A DNA stretch of 64,000 nucleotides from Candidatus Omnitrophota bacterium (GTDB lineage Bacteria; Omnitrophota; Gorgyraeia; Duberdicusellales; 4484-171). A program made the position numbers and the translations under genes. The DNA is taken from contig JBAWWL010000001.1 of NCBI GenBank assembly GCA_037146775.1, positions 325,464 through 389,463 on the forward strand, written 5' to 3'. Under the pieces are notes generated by a model that did no database searches, had not been told where the DNA came from, and saw nothing but the letters and a program-made list of their open reading frames with translations. Positions 1 to 9,585 of the stretch are shown here, in pieces (position 1 is the stretch's first letter; every line of letters begins with the position of its first letter).

Positions 1-44
1 CGCAAAAAGATAAGAACCTCAAGGAAATTGCGTCGAATCTTCCA

Positions 45-377
45 TTGAATATTAAAGATATCCAGAACGCCCACAAGAGTTTTAGCGAGGTATCGAATAT
101 TCCGCCGACCAGTATCGTTGCAGGAAAAAGATATTCTCTTTTTACTGGAAGTTTCGATATTTCTACGAAAGAAGAGCTAATACGGTGGATATTGGATCTG
201 CATGAGAAAATAGCGCGTAGTAAAAGTGGGCTTCCGTGGCTTGAGTTATCCGGTGACCGCTTGGCTATCCGAGTAGACTATTTCCCGAGCGATAAGTTAA
301 AAGTCGTGCCTGGGCAAGGTTGGAGAAGCCCCTATTACTTAGATGTTCTGGCATCAATCTACAAGGAGATAAGGTAA
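45..377 (+). CDS. hypothetical protein, first gene of the PLD-SNF2 operon (frame stays open to the window start, so it may be 5'-truncated)
   Basis: 110-aa ORF whose stop lies 3 nt before the next gene; no recognisable motif; same strand and tightly coupled to the downstream genes. Confidence 0.4.
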   Translation: MNIKDIQNAHKSFSEVSNIPPTSIVAGKRYSLFTGSFDISTKEELIRWILDLHEKIARSKSGLPWLELSGDRLAIRVDYFPSDKLKVVPGQGWRSPYYLDVLASIYKEIR

Positions 378-380
378 ATT

Positions 381-2303
381 ATGCACATTGTATTACGAGA
401 ACAGCTTTCTGATCACATACGCATATTGGAATCTGTCGAGTGTGCGCTATTTACGTCATTCACTTTTGATCCAGTTTTTTTTGAAAATAACATATTGCCC
501 ATTCTTTTTGATATCGAAAAAGCCAGTGAGGTACGGCGAAGAGCCCAGATTAATGAAAGACTGGCTGCTTCTCCATGTGTTGTGTTTTATGATAATTCGA
601 CAATGCCTTCGGGTGGTGGCATCTACCGGTACCAGGCAAAAGGGATTCATCTACGCGATAAATTCTTTCATCCAAAAAACGCGATTGTTGCAGGTTATTA
701 TCAGGATGCTCCGATGGTTATAGTGTCAGCCTCATCCGCAAACCTGAAATATCAGGCATGGGGTAGTAATGTGGAAGCCGCAGCCTTTATACAAATCAAC
801 AGTAAAAAACAACAAGCATATCGCACGCTATACAAGTTCTGCATCTATCTAAGAGACGAACTGAAGGTGTCAGATAGCGATGCTCTCAATAGAATGATCG
901 CTTTTCTCAACAAGATGCCTGAGTCGAATGTTCGTTTCCCTGATTATGATGGCGAACTTTATTTCTCTCCACTTGCAGGAAACAGGAAAGGCTTCCCAGA
1001 GTTTCTCAATGAAGAGGCCGCTAACAAGAGAGAGAAGCTTGTGGTCTATTCGCCATATTGGGGCGGTAATCTTTCATCCTTAGCTGATAAATTCATGGCA
1101 TCACAAATCGTCGTTCGTCCCGCATTCATGAAGGATTTAAAAACGTACGGATTGACTAAAGATCAGTTGATTCAACTGGGGTCCTTGGAGTGTAGCATAG
1201 AAAAAACTCCTGAGTCAAAAGAGGGATATCGTTTTTGGCACGCGAAAGTATATCTTTTGCATAGTAGCTCTGGTGGAAAAGTACGGCTCGGTATCGGCAG
1301 TTGTAATTTTACCGAAATGGGGCTCTCCGGAGAAAATGGCAACGTAGAATCGATGGTTGTATACAATATTACTAAGGAAGAGGCTGAAGAATTTGATATT
1401 CGGTGCAAAAAACTCGAGATTCCTGAAGAAATGAAAAAGGAGGCAAAAGAAGAGGATTCTCCCCAGCGACCTCCTTTCTTTATCCATGTTATTTTGGACT
1501 GGGAAAAAGAAGTATATCGCGTGGATTTTAAGTGGGAATCCAAATCTATGTGTCAGTCTTGCATGCTCTCTTTGCCCGGAAACGACGATGTGGATCTATT
1601 GAATTTAAAGAATGGGTCACAAATACCGATTACGAATTCTCCAAAGTCAGCAAGGACTTTTAGAATCAGGTATAATTTTGAGACCGAAAACAATGTATTT
1701 GATGGTTTGATATATGAAATAAATATGCGGTTCAGTCAGCGAAATTATACACCCACTCTCGGTTTTCACGACATCTTTGAAAGTTGGTGTCACCATGACG
1801 ATTATTGGGCCGACAACGTGCCAGATGACGGGGGTGATGGCGATAAGGAGGGCGATGAAGAAGATCAAGCTAAGAAGCAGGAAGGGGCAGAGTCCTCAGC
1901 TCCTCAGGAGCTCGATTATTACGAGATTTACCAAGGATTTTATGGTCTTTTTAAAAAACTCGAAACAGGTAAGGAAGGTAGTGGAGCGCTCTCGCGATAT
2001 CTGATAACCCGACCGGACAGTATTTATAATGTAATAAAAAGAATCTCCGACGCAAATTTAGACATAATATCAAAATACATCATTCTAACGGAATGCGAGA
2101 TACTGGTAAAAAAAGTTGAAAATGAAATGGGTGTTAAAGTTGACAAAATGCTCAAAGATGAAATCAAAAAATACCTTCCGAATATTAGGGTGCAAGTGGA
2201 GTCGCTTATAGAAGATAAAGACAAGAAGCGGATAAAAGATAAAAAAGGAGCAGACGCAATAATCTGGTTTGAAAGAGAAATTGAGCGCGCATGGAAAACA
2301 TGA
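381..2303 (+). CDS. phospholipase-D-family (single HKD motif) nuclease-like protein, 640 aa
   Basis: HxK(x)4D...GSxN signature 'FWHAKVYLLHSSSGGKVRLGIGSCNFT' near residue 290; acidic low-complexity stretch (DDGGDGDKEGDEEDQ) in the C-terminal half; 13-nt overlap with the downstream helicase gene. Confidence 0.7.
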   Translation: MHIVLREQLSDHIRILESVECALFTSFTFDPVFFENNILPILFDIEKASEVRRRAQINERLAASPCVVFYDNSTMPSGGGIYRYQAKGIHLRDKFFHPKNAIVAGYYQDAPMVIVSASSANLKYQAWGSNVEAAAFIQINSKKQQAYRTLYKFCIYLRDELKVSDSDALNRMIAFLNKMPESNVRFPDYDGELYFSPLAGNRKGFPEFLNEEAANKREKLVVYSPYWGGNLSSLADKFMASQIVVRPAFMKDLKTYGLTKDQLIQLGSLECSIEKTPESKEGYRFWHAKVYLLHSSSGGKVRLGIGSCNFTEMGLSGENGNVESMVVYNITKEEAEEFDIRCKKLEIPEEMKKEAKEEDSPQRPPFFIHVILDWEKEVYRVDFKWESKSMCQSCMLSLPGNDDVDLLNLKNGSQIPITNSPKSARTFRIRYNFETENNVFDGLIYEINMRFSQRNYTPTLGFHDIFESWCHHDDYWADNVPDDGGDGDKEGDEEDQAKKQEGAESSAPQELDYYEIYQGFYGLFKKLETGKEGSGALSRYLITRPDSIYNVIKRISDANLDIISKYIILTECEILVKKVENEMGVKVDKMLKDEIKKYLPNIRVQVESLIEDKDKKRIKDKKGADAIIWFEREIERAWKT

Positions 2304-5300
2304 TAATCGAGCCTTTTATCAAGAAAATATTACCAGATGATGTAGAGAGCCTGATGAATTTTAATCCACCCGGAGCCCTTGATAAATACAAGTCTATGCA
2401 TAATTTGCAGAAAGAGGGTGTAGCGGCGATCTATAACATACTTACGGAAAAGAATTTCGCTTATTTAGCGGATGAAGTTGGAATGGGGAAGACTTATCAG
2501 GCAATAGGGCTGATTACGCTGCTTTGGAATCTCAAAAGAAACGCGCGTATAGTAGTGATTTGTCCGCGGGTTAACCTGCAAATAAAATGGCAGCGTGATT
2601 ATCGAAATTTTATCATCAATAATTATCGCGGCCACATGAAAAAACAGGGCGATGATATCGTGAAGAGCGTTCTTTTGAATAAACCAGTGGTCAATCCACG
2701 TATTTGCCATAATCTGCGGCAATTTGCGTTGGAATTACAATCCCCAGAACGCCAACTATGTATTCTTCGCTATAGCTCATTTACGCGTCCCGTGTTTCTA
2801 AAAAGGGAAGATGAGCGTGATCCGCTAGGCGCATGGAACAATGCGGTTGAGATGATGAAGTTTTATGGTATCCATCCTTCTCATAAAGATAAGAGACTTG
2901 TAGAGGGGTGCGGCGATGGCATGTCGCTTCAATTCAATGAATGGTTTGCCGAAGCATTCAATGAAATGCTTGTCAATGCGTGCGAAAAAGAGAAAGGCAA
3001 AAAAGCGATCGATTTGCTGATATTTGACGAGGGGCAATATCTAAGGAATGAAAACCAGACGAACAGCGTTATACTTAAAGCTTTTGAAGGCAGAGTCAAT
3101 AAGTGGTTATTTCTGAGTGCGACGCCGATTCATTCCGGAAAAGAAAACATTCAAAATGTGATAAATCGATATGCCTGCCCAAAGTATATTGCTGATAGCG
3201 ATCTTGCTGATACAAAAAAGCTTCAAATTAAAATGAAGGAGTTCTTAGTCCGGCGTCCACGCGAATATTTTGTTCGAAATAGTACGGACAGAGATAAATT
3301 ATGGGCAAAATACAAATACCGTTACCATAATGAGGAAGAAAGCAAAATCAAGAATATGTCTCCTATGGAGTCGCTGGTAATGGCCGTAGTCCAAAAGAAT
3401 CTTGTAAAAATACTAGGAGGAAAGAATAACAGGTTTAAGATTGGATGTCTGACGTCTTTCGAAAGCTTGCAAGCCTCTGTGTACAACCAAGAAAACAAGA
3501 AAGCGCTGGCGTGCGATGATGAACAAGACGATGCGAACGAGGAAGCTGAAATAATGAAGTCGTCAGACTTATACGTGTCACAGGATGATGTAAAAAAAGG
3601 TCATGCCGAGGATCTAAAAGATATACCTGATATGAAATTCGTGGATGGGTTTGCACGACGTTATAAAAATACATTTGGCATAGAAATACCGCACCCAAAG
3701 GTTGACTTCGTAGTAGATCAGGTATCGAAAAAAGCGCTCAATAATGGCGAAAAATTTGTTGTTTTCACGCGAAGGATTAACGCCGTAGACGAGATCGTTC
3801 GTAGAATAAATGATGAATACGAAAAATGGATTAGGGAAAGAATTAATTCTGTGTGGAACATCGATATTGATGCCCTTTCAAAGAACCAAGGCACTGATCC
3901 CGACGAGATGATATCTGACGATCCTGATAGCGATGGTCTCGAAGCGCGCGGAAAAGGACTTCTTCAGGAGGCGAATCAAAAAGGAAATTGGCTTTTTCGG
4001 TATAGACAAACGTTCAGAGAAAGCGGTCGCAATGCCATGATGTTTGAAGAGAATTGGTTTAGATATTTTTCAGAAATTAATAATATACCTTTAAAAGATA
4101 TCGTTTCGAAAATACCCGATGAGCTTTGGAATGAAAGCTGGGTATTTGCGAATAGGCAAAAAGGGGCCAAAACAGCAAAAGTGATTCCATCCGAGAGATT
4201 CCAATATTTATTAGTGCAGACTGTAAAAAAATATCCCGAGATTCTTGGCCTAAAAGATGGAACCGTAAACAAGTGGCAAAACTTCTTTTCAAAGCGCTAT
4301 CCTTTGGTTACGGAACAACATTGTGGCGAGAAACAAAGAGCGAAGAATGAAAATCTGATCACGTATAAAGGTTTCTGGGACATCATTCGTGAAAAGATTT
4401 CTGAACCCCAAGGAGAGGTAATAAAGATATTCGATTTGATGAGAAAAAGTATGGATATTAATGACGAGAATGATCTTCTTAAAAGAGAGGTACTTAAAAA
4501 TTGTTTGTGGCAAACGATTCGATTGACAGATGCTATCCTTGATCTTTATTGCGCCAATGATACTGCCGGTGGCGCCAGTGCGCCTGTAGAAGATGCGGTA
4601 AATGAGTATTGCAAATATCTATTTGGTGATAGTGATTATGCGAAGCTTTTGAGAAACCAAATGAAAGAATGGGTAGAGCATATAGGTCTTATTTTGACAA
4701 ATTGTTTTAGCAATGATGATTTTGATTTAGCAGGTTATGCGGCCAGGGAAAGCTACGTCGAATTGCGCAATCCTCAATTTGCCGTTGGTATGACTGGAGG
4801 GAATCCAAACAAGACCGCCCTCAGTCAGTTTAAGACACCTGGTTACCCGAGAGTTATTGTGTGCACCGATATATTAAAGGAAGGCGAAGATCTTCACCTC
4901 TTCTGTGATCAGATTATTCATTATGGTGTAGCCTGGACATCTGGTGACTTGGAACAGCGGGTGGGAAGGATAGATCGTTACTTTTCAATGATTGAAAGAA
5001 AGCTTTACGGCTCTTCTAAACCAGAAAAAGAAAAATTGAATATTTATTACCCGCACTTGACTCAGTCGGTTGAAAAATATCAGATTGAAAGGGTTATCAA
5101 TCGTGCGAAAGAAGCGGAATTGATCATGGACAATATCGGTATTGATGAGCACACTGAGGGCAGGCAAATTGTCCTAGGAGTTATTGCAAATCGCCCCTTG
5201 GGCGTTGCGTTTTTAAACACGAAACCCGTTTTAGGCGAGCATCCCTTTACTCCGTCGTTTGCCAGTATAAAATCTTCAGGACTGCCGATTTTTTCAGAAC

Positions 5301-6130
5301 AAGATGCAAAGACGACCTTAAAAAAATATGAGAATATTTTTCAAAATCTTGGAGAAGAGCTCGAAAAGCAGGGATATACGTTATCATGTAAAGGAGCTGG
5401 ACGATTTGAAGATCCTTTTAAAATATCCAATTCTTCCAATAACATCGTATTAGAGTGTAAGTGGGAATTTATTCCCCAAATTTCGTCATATGCCATCAAA
5501 TTGAGCAAGCAAATTAAGATTGATGAGCTCAAGGCTAGCAAATTTCCGATTGCCGAGCATCGCGAATTACATGGCAAAGAATATCGTTATTTTCGCTCTC
5601 ACAGAGTGTTGATTCATGAGGATGCGATCATTGAGGATCTTTCTCGGCGCACATTTTCTGCTATTCGGCTGCTTATTGATGCGGATCATTTAAGTAAATG
5701 GGATGAAAATACAACGGAAAAGTTATCCAAATATTTTGTGAAAGATGAGCATGTCGTAACCGAGATTGATCCGCATTGCATTAAAGTGGCCTTTCGATTC
5801 AATACGCGAAAACATACAACCAAGATTAAAACATTTTTGGATTTGATAGTGGTCTCATCTATGGTGGGAGAAATTAAGTCACTTAAAGAGTGCCCAAAGT
5901 TTTTTGATGAGAATGGAGTATGGAATGATGATGTATTTAATAATTGGATACTCGATGAAAACGCGCGACTGAAATTTGGTTATCTTATGAGAAAGGATAA
6001 CGAGTTACGTTTTTGCGACCGTTTATTTCCGGTTGGGTTGGAAGACGCTTTGATCCATAATATTGTGGAAGAAATTGCTCGAACCGCAGATGTGTACGAA
6101 TCGCATATTATTGGTGAAGATATTGTGTGA
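2291..6130 (+). CDS. SNF2-family SF2 helicase-like ATPase, 1279 aa, with a ~650-aa uncharacterised C-terminal region
   Basis: motif I 'LADEVGMGKT', Ia 'VVICPR', II 'LIFDEGQYLRN' (DExx-LRN), III 'LFLSATP', V/VI 'VIVCTDILKEGEDL...QRVGRIDR'. Confidence 0.8.
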   Translation: MENMIIEPFIKKILPDDVESLMNFNPPGALDKYKSMHNLQKEGVAAIYNILTEKNFAYLADEVGMGKTYQAIGLITLLWNLKRNARIVVICPRVNLQIKWQRDYRNFIINNYRGHMKKQGDDIVKSVLLNKPVVNPRICHNLRQFALELQSPERQLCILRYSSFTRPVFLKREDERDPLGAWNNAVEMMKFYGIHPSHKDKRLVEGCGDGMSLQFNEWFAEAFNEMLVNACEKEKGKKAIDLLIFDEGQYLRNENQTNSVILKAFEGRVNKWLFLSATPIHSGKENIQNVINRYACPKYIADSDLADTKKLQIKMKEFLVRRPREYFVRNSTDRDKLWAKYKYRYHNEEESKIKNMSPMESLVMAVVQKNLVKILGGKNNRFKIGCLTSFESLQASVYNQENKKALACDDEQDDANEEAEIMKSSDLYVSQDDVKKGHAEDLKDIPDMKFVDGFARRYKNTFGIEIPHPKVDFVVDQVSKKALNNGEKFVVFTRRINAVDEIVRRINDEYEKWIRERINSVWNIDIDALSKNQGTDPDEMISDDPDSDGLEARGKGLLQEANQKGNWLFRYRQTFRESGRNAMMFEENWFRYFSEINNIPLKDIVSKIPDELWNESWVFANRQKGAKTAKVIPSERFQYLLVQTVKKYPEILGLKDGTVNKWQNFFSKRYPLVTEQHCGEKQRAKNENLITYKGFWDIIREKISEPQGEVIKIFDLMRKSMDINDENDLLKREVLKNCLWQTIRLTDAILDLYCANDTAGGASAPVEDAVNEYCKYLFGDSDYAKLLRNQMKEWVEHIGLILTNCFSNDDFDLAGYAARESYVELRNPQFAVGMTGGNPNKTALSQFKTPGYPRVIVCTDILKEGEDLHLFCDQIIHYGVAWTSGDLEQRVGRIDRYFSMIERKLYGSSKPEKEKLNIYYPHLTQSVEKYQIERVINRAKEAELIMDNIGIDEHTEGRQIVLGVIANRPLGVAFLNTKPVLGEHPFTPSFASIKSSGLPIFSEQDAKTTLKKYENIFQNLGEELEKQGYTLSCKGAGRFEDPFKISNSSNNIVLECKWEFIPQISSYAIKLSKQIKIDELKASKFPIAEHRELHGKEYRYFRSHRVLIHEDAIIEDLSRRTFSAIRLLIDADHLSKWDENTTEKLSKYFVKDEHVVTEIDPHCIKVAFRFNTRKHTTKIKTFLDLIVVSSMVGEIKSLKECPKFFDENGVWNDDVFNNWILDENARLKFGYLMRKDNELRFCDRLFPVGLEDALIHNIVEEIARTADVYESHIIGEDIV

Positions 6131-6572
6131 TGCTGAAACTAAAGCGGTAAAACAGAGCCATTTCTAATAAAGCATGTTCTAGAATTGTGTATTTTAAAGG
6201 GTTATAGATAGAAGATAAAATTAAATCAATATCATGCAACTCATAATTCATCGCGGAACTCATGAAATATGTGGAAGCTGTGTTGAGGTAAGGACGGTCA
6301 ACGGGAGTCAGATATTTAGTGCCAGACCCACCTCGTAAGAAAAGTTTTAGGGATTGGAAGAACGGAATAATAAAAGTTGTAAAATGTCAGAAGGTGTAGA
6401 GAGTAAATAAAGAAGTAAGCAGTAGAGATGGGTGCAGTATTATACGACCATACTAGGCTACCTAAGCAAAATCTGGTAACCAAAACCCATTGCTAATGCA
6501 ACACATTAGGAATATAATAGGGGATAATAAGGACTAATCAGGAACAAACAAAAAGTTAACAAAGTAAACCCT

Positions 6573-6767
6573 TTGACGAGGCTTTTCTCTATGGACGACC
6601 TACGCAAATACCTAACAGTCCGAGAAGCAGCGACGAGACTCGACATCAGCGAAGAGTCTGTGCGCGACCTGATTAACGAAAAAGAACTAAAGGCAGTCAA
6701 GATAGGACAATGGAGAATAAAACCAGACGAGCTCGAAAGGTTTATAAGGTCAAGGAGTAACCTTTAA
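6573..6767 (+). CDS. small helix-turn-helix DNA-binding protein (excisionase/AlpA/MerR-like HTH), possible start at the internal Met at 6591
   Basis: 'LTVREAATRLDISEESVRDLINEKELKAVKIGQWRI' matches the HTH_17 pattern; sits immediately upstream of hsdR. Confidence 0.5.
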   Translation: MTRLFSMDDLRKYLTVREAATRLDISEESVRDLINEKELKAVKIGQWRIKPDELERFIRSRSNL

Positions 6768-6795
6768 GGTTTATAAATGAGGAGTTTGTTTTTGT

Positions 6796-9585
6796 ATGGT
6801 TTACGATAATTTGGGTCCTGAGGATAAAGCGAGGCATGAGCTTATTAATCCAGCTTTGAAGCTTGCGGGTTGGGATATTCAGCCTTTTAAGTCTGCAAGC
6901 CCTGATAGTTTTAAGGGTGTTGCTGTTGAGTATTTTCCGATGGGGTGGGGTGTTGGTGAGGCGGATTATGTTTTGTTTGTTAATGGCGAGGCTTGTGGCA
7001 TTATTGAGGCTAAAAAAGAGGGCGAGACGCTTGTCGGCAAAGAGCCTCAGTCAGCAAGATACTCCAAGGGTTTTCCTAAGGATTATCGGTCAGTAGATTT
7101 GCCGCTACCTTTTGTTTATGAGACTTCTGGGAACGAGATACGTTTCACTAATTGCTGGGATCCCAAGCCTAGAAGTAGAGAAGTCTTTCACTTTCACACA
7201 CCTAATGAATTAGAGGCTTGGGTCAAGACAGGCAAAGAGACTTTGAGAAAAAGGCTTACAGAGATGCCTCAGATTGACAATCCTAGTCTTTGGGATGTGC
7301 AAAAGACGGCTATTCGTAACGTTGAGGAGTCTCTTGCTGGCGCAAAGCCCAAAGCTCTTATACAGATGGCAACTGGTTCAGGCAAAACCTTTACCGCCGT
7401 GAACATGTGTTATCGCTTAATCAGGCACGCTAATGCTAAAAGAATACTTTTCTTGGTTGACCGAGGGAATCTTGGCAGACAAACCATGCAGGAATTTGAC
7501 AACTTCGTGGTGCCTAAAGACGGAAGAAAATTCAGAGAACTCTACAACGTCCAGCACTTGCAAAGTAACAAAATAGATGACGTGTCCAGAATATGTATCT
7601 CAACAATCCAGCGTATCTACTCGATGCTTAAGGGCGAAAAGCAGCTTGACCCAGCCAGCGAAGAACTGTCAGCGTTTGAAGACGATTACAGTCTTGAGCC
7701 AGCACCAGTCGAATATAATCCCAAGTTTCCGATTTCGATGTTTGACGTAATTATTGTGGATGAGTGTCACCGCTCAATCTATAACCTTTGGAAACAAGTG
7801 CTGGACTATTTTGATTGTTTCCTTATAGGTCTTACTGCTACTCCGTCCAAAGGAACGATTGCTTTTTTTAACAAAAATCTCGTCATGGAGTATTCGCATG
7901 AAGAGGCTGTTGCGCACAACATAAACGTTGACTTCACAGTTTATGACATAAGGACAAAGATTACGAAACGCGGCTCTACTATTCCTAAAGGCGAGGTCGT
8001 CCAGAAAAGGGATAAAAGGACAAGGCGCAAAAAATGGGAACAACTGGAAGACGAAGTCAAATATGACGCAGAGCAGCTTGACAGGGATGTTGTGTCTAAA
8101 GACCAAATAAGGACAATTATTCGAGCATTCAAAGAAAGAGTTCTTACCGACATTTTTCCCGGAAGAAAACACGTGCCCAAAACCCTGATTTATGCAAAGG
8201 ACGACAACCACGCAGAAGAAATTGTACAAATAATTCGTGAAGAGTTTGATGAAGGAAATGACTTTGCGGTAAAAATTACTTACAAGACTGAAGGCGAGAA
8301 GCCAGAAAATCTAATATCTCAATTCAGAAACGACTTTTATCCGCGAATTGCGGTCACTGTTGACATGATAGCGACAGGGACAGACATAAAACCACTCGAA
8401 ATAGTCTTCTTCATGAGGGCCGTTAGGAGTAGAAACTACTTTGAACAGATGAAGGGGCGCGGCGTACGAGTAATGAGGAGCGACGACTTCATGGCAGTAA
8501 CACCAGATGCAGTAGCAAAAGAAAGATTCGTCATTGTTGATGCCGTTGGTGTTACAGAAGTCGATGAGCTGAATGATACTCGACCGCTTGAACAAAACCC
8601 AACAATCTCATTCGAGAAACTACTAAAGTCTATACGCTTCGGCAGACCAACAAAAGACAAGCTATCATCAATCGCAGGAAGACTCATCAGGCTTGAGAAG
8701 AAACTCACCGAAGAACAAATAAAAGAAGTCAGGAAGCTCACGGACGGCAAAAAACTATCAGAATACGCACACGACTTCATTGTCGCGATAGACGAAGACA
8801 GAATAGTTGAGCACGTTCAGAAGGAAAAGGGTGAAAAAGGCGCATACCTCGAATACAAACCTACTCAGAAAGAATTGAACGAGACGGCAGACAAAAGGAT
8901 GATTGAGGCAGTAAAGCCCTTTGTTGGTAACGGCAAACTAATGGAAAGACTGCCACAAATAAAGGCAGAGACAGAACAAATTATTGACGACGTTTCTGTT
9001 GACGAGGTAGTAACTGCTGGCTATTCACCCATAGCAACAGAAAAAGCAAGAAGCATAATAAAATCGTTCAAGGAATTTATTGAGAAGAACAAGAACGAGC
9101 TTGATGCTTTGCAGGTGTTTTATTCCAGCAAGAAGGCTTTGCACTGGAAAGACGTTAAAGAGCTATCCGAGAAGATTAAAACTCCGCCTTATAATTTGAC
9201 GCCTTCCAAAATCTGGCAAGCATACAAACAACTTGAATCTTCCAAAGTGCATGGCCTATCAAGAAACAAAATATCAGACTTCGTATCACTCCTAAAATTC
9301 GAGTTGGGCAAAGAAGACGAACTCGAACCATTCACAGACACAGTAGACAAAAACTTCTCGCGCTGGCTAACACAACAACGAACAGCAGGCGTCCAATTCA
9401 GCCAAGAGCAACTCAAATGGCTCGAAAAAATCAAAAACCACATAGCCGAATCAGTAGAAATAACACCCGACGACTTCGACTACGCACCATTCGACACAAT
9501 GGGCGGACTAGGAAAAGCAAACAAAATATTCGGCAACAGAATAAACAAAATCCTCGAAGAACTAAGTGAAGAATTGGTGGCATGA
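6796..9585 (+). CDS. hsdR: Type I restriction enzyme R subunit (HsdR)
   Basis: N-terminal 'ELINPALKLAGWDIQ'; helicase motif I 'MATGSGKTFTA', II 'IIVDECHRS', III 'GLTATP'; 929 aa. Confidence 0.9.
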   Translation: MVYDNLGPEDKARHELINPALKLAGWDIQPFKSASPDSFKGVAVEYFPMGWGVGEADYVLFVNGEACGIIEAKKEGETLVGKEPQSARYSKGFPKDYRSVDLPLPFVYETSGNEIRFTNCWDPKPRSREVFHFHTPNELEAWVKTGKETLRKRLTEMPQIDNPSLWDVQKTAIRNVEESLAGAKPKALIQMATGSGKTFTAVNMCYRLIRHANAKRILFLVDRGNLGRQTMQEFDNFVVPKDGRKFRELYNVQHLQSNKIDDVSRICISTIQRIYSMLKGEKQLDPASEELSAFEDDYSLEPAPVEYNPKFPISMFDVIIVDECHRSIYNLWKQVLDYFDCFLIGLTATPSKGTIAFFNKNLVMEYSHEEAVAHNINVDFTVYDIRTKITKRGSTIPKGEVVQKRDKRTRRKKWEQLEDEVKYDAEQLDRDVVSKDQIRTIIRAFKERVLTDIFPGRKHVPKTLIYAKDDNHAEEIVQIIREEFDEGNDFAVKITYKTEGEKPENLISQFRNDFYPRIAVTVDMIATGTDIKPLEIVFFMRAVRSRNYFEQMKGRGVRVMRSDDFMAVTPDAVAKERFVIVDAVGVTEVDELNDTRPLEQNPTISFEKLLKSIRFGRPTKDKLSSIAGRLIRLEKKLTEEQIKEVRKLTDGKKLSEYAHDFIVAIDEDRIVEHVQKEKGEKGAYLEYKPTQKELNETADKRMIEAVKPFVGNGKLMERLPQIKAETEQIIDDVSVDEVVTAGYSPIATEKARSIIKSFKEFIEKNKNELDALQVFYSSKKALHWKDVKELSEKIKTPPYNLTPSKIWQAYKQLESSKVHGLSRNKISDFVSLLKFELGKEDELEPFTDTVDKNFSRWLTQQRTAGVQFSQEQLKWLEKIKNHIAESVEITPDDFDYAPFDTMGGLGKANKIFGNRINKILEELSEELVA

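Noticed and set aside
388-2391. Numerous short ORFs in the track overlapping the PLD gene in other frames or on the opposite strand (for example 388..723, 456..650, 1172..1543, 2024..2224)
   Set aside because: They are fully embedded in a long ORF with clear conserved motifs and have low-complexity or skewed compositions. The same reasoning applies to most antisense ORFs under 100 aa throughout the window.
45-6130. Interpreting the PLD-SNF2 operon as DISARM (DrmC + DrmD)
   Set aside because: The DISARM core genes drmA and drmB and a dedicated methylase are absent from the operon, and the PLD protein is far larger than DrmC. Only an upstream continuation beyond the window could rescue this interpretation.
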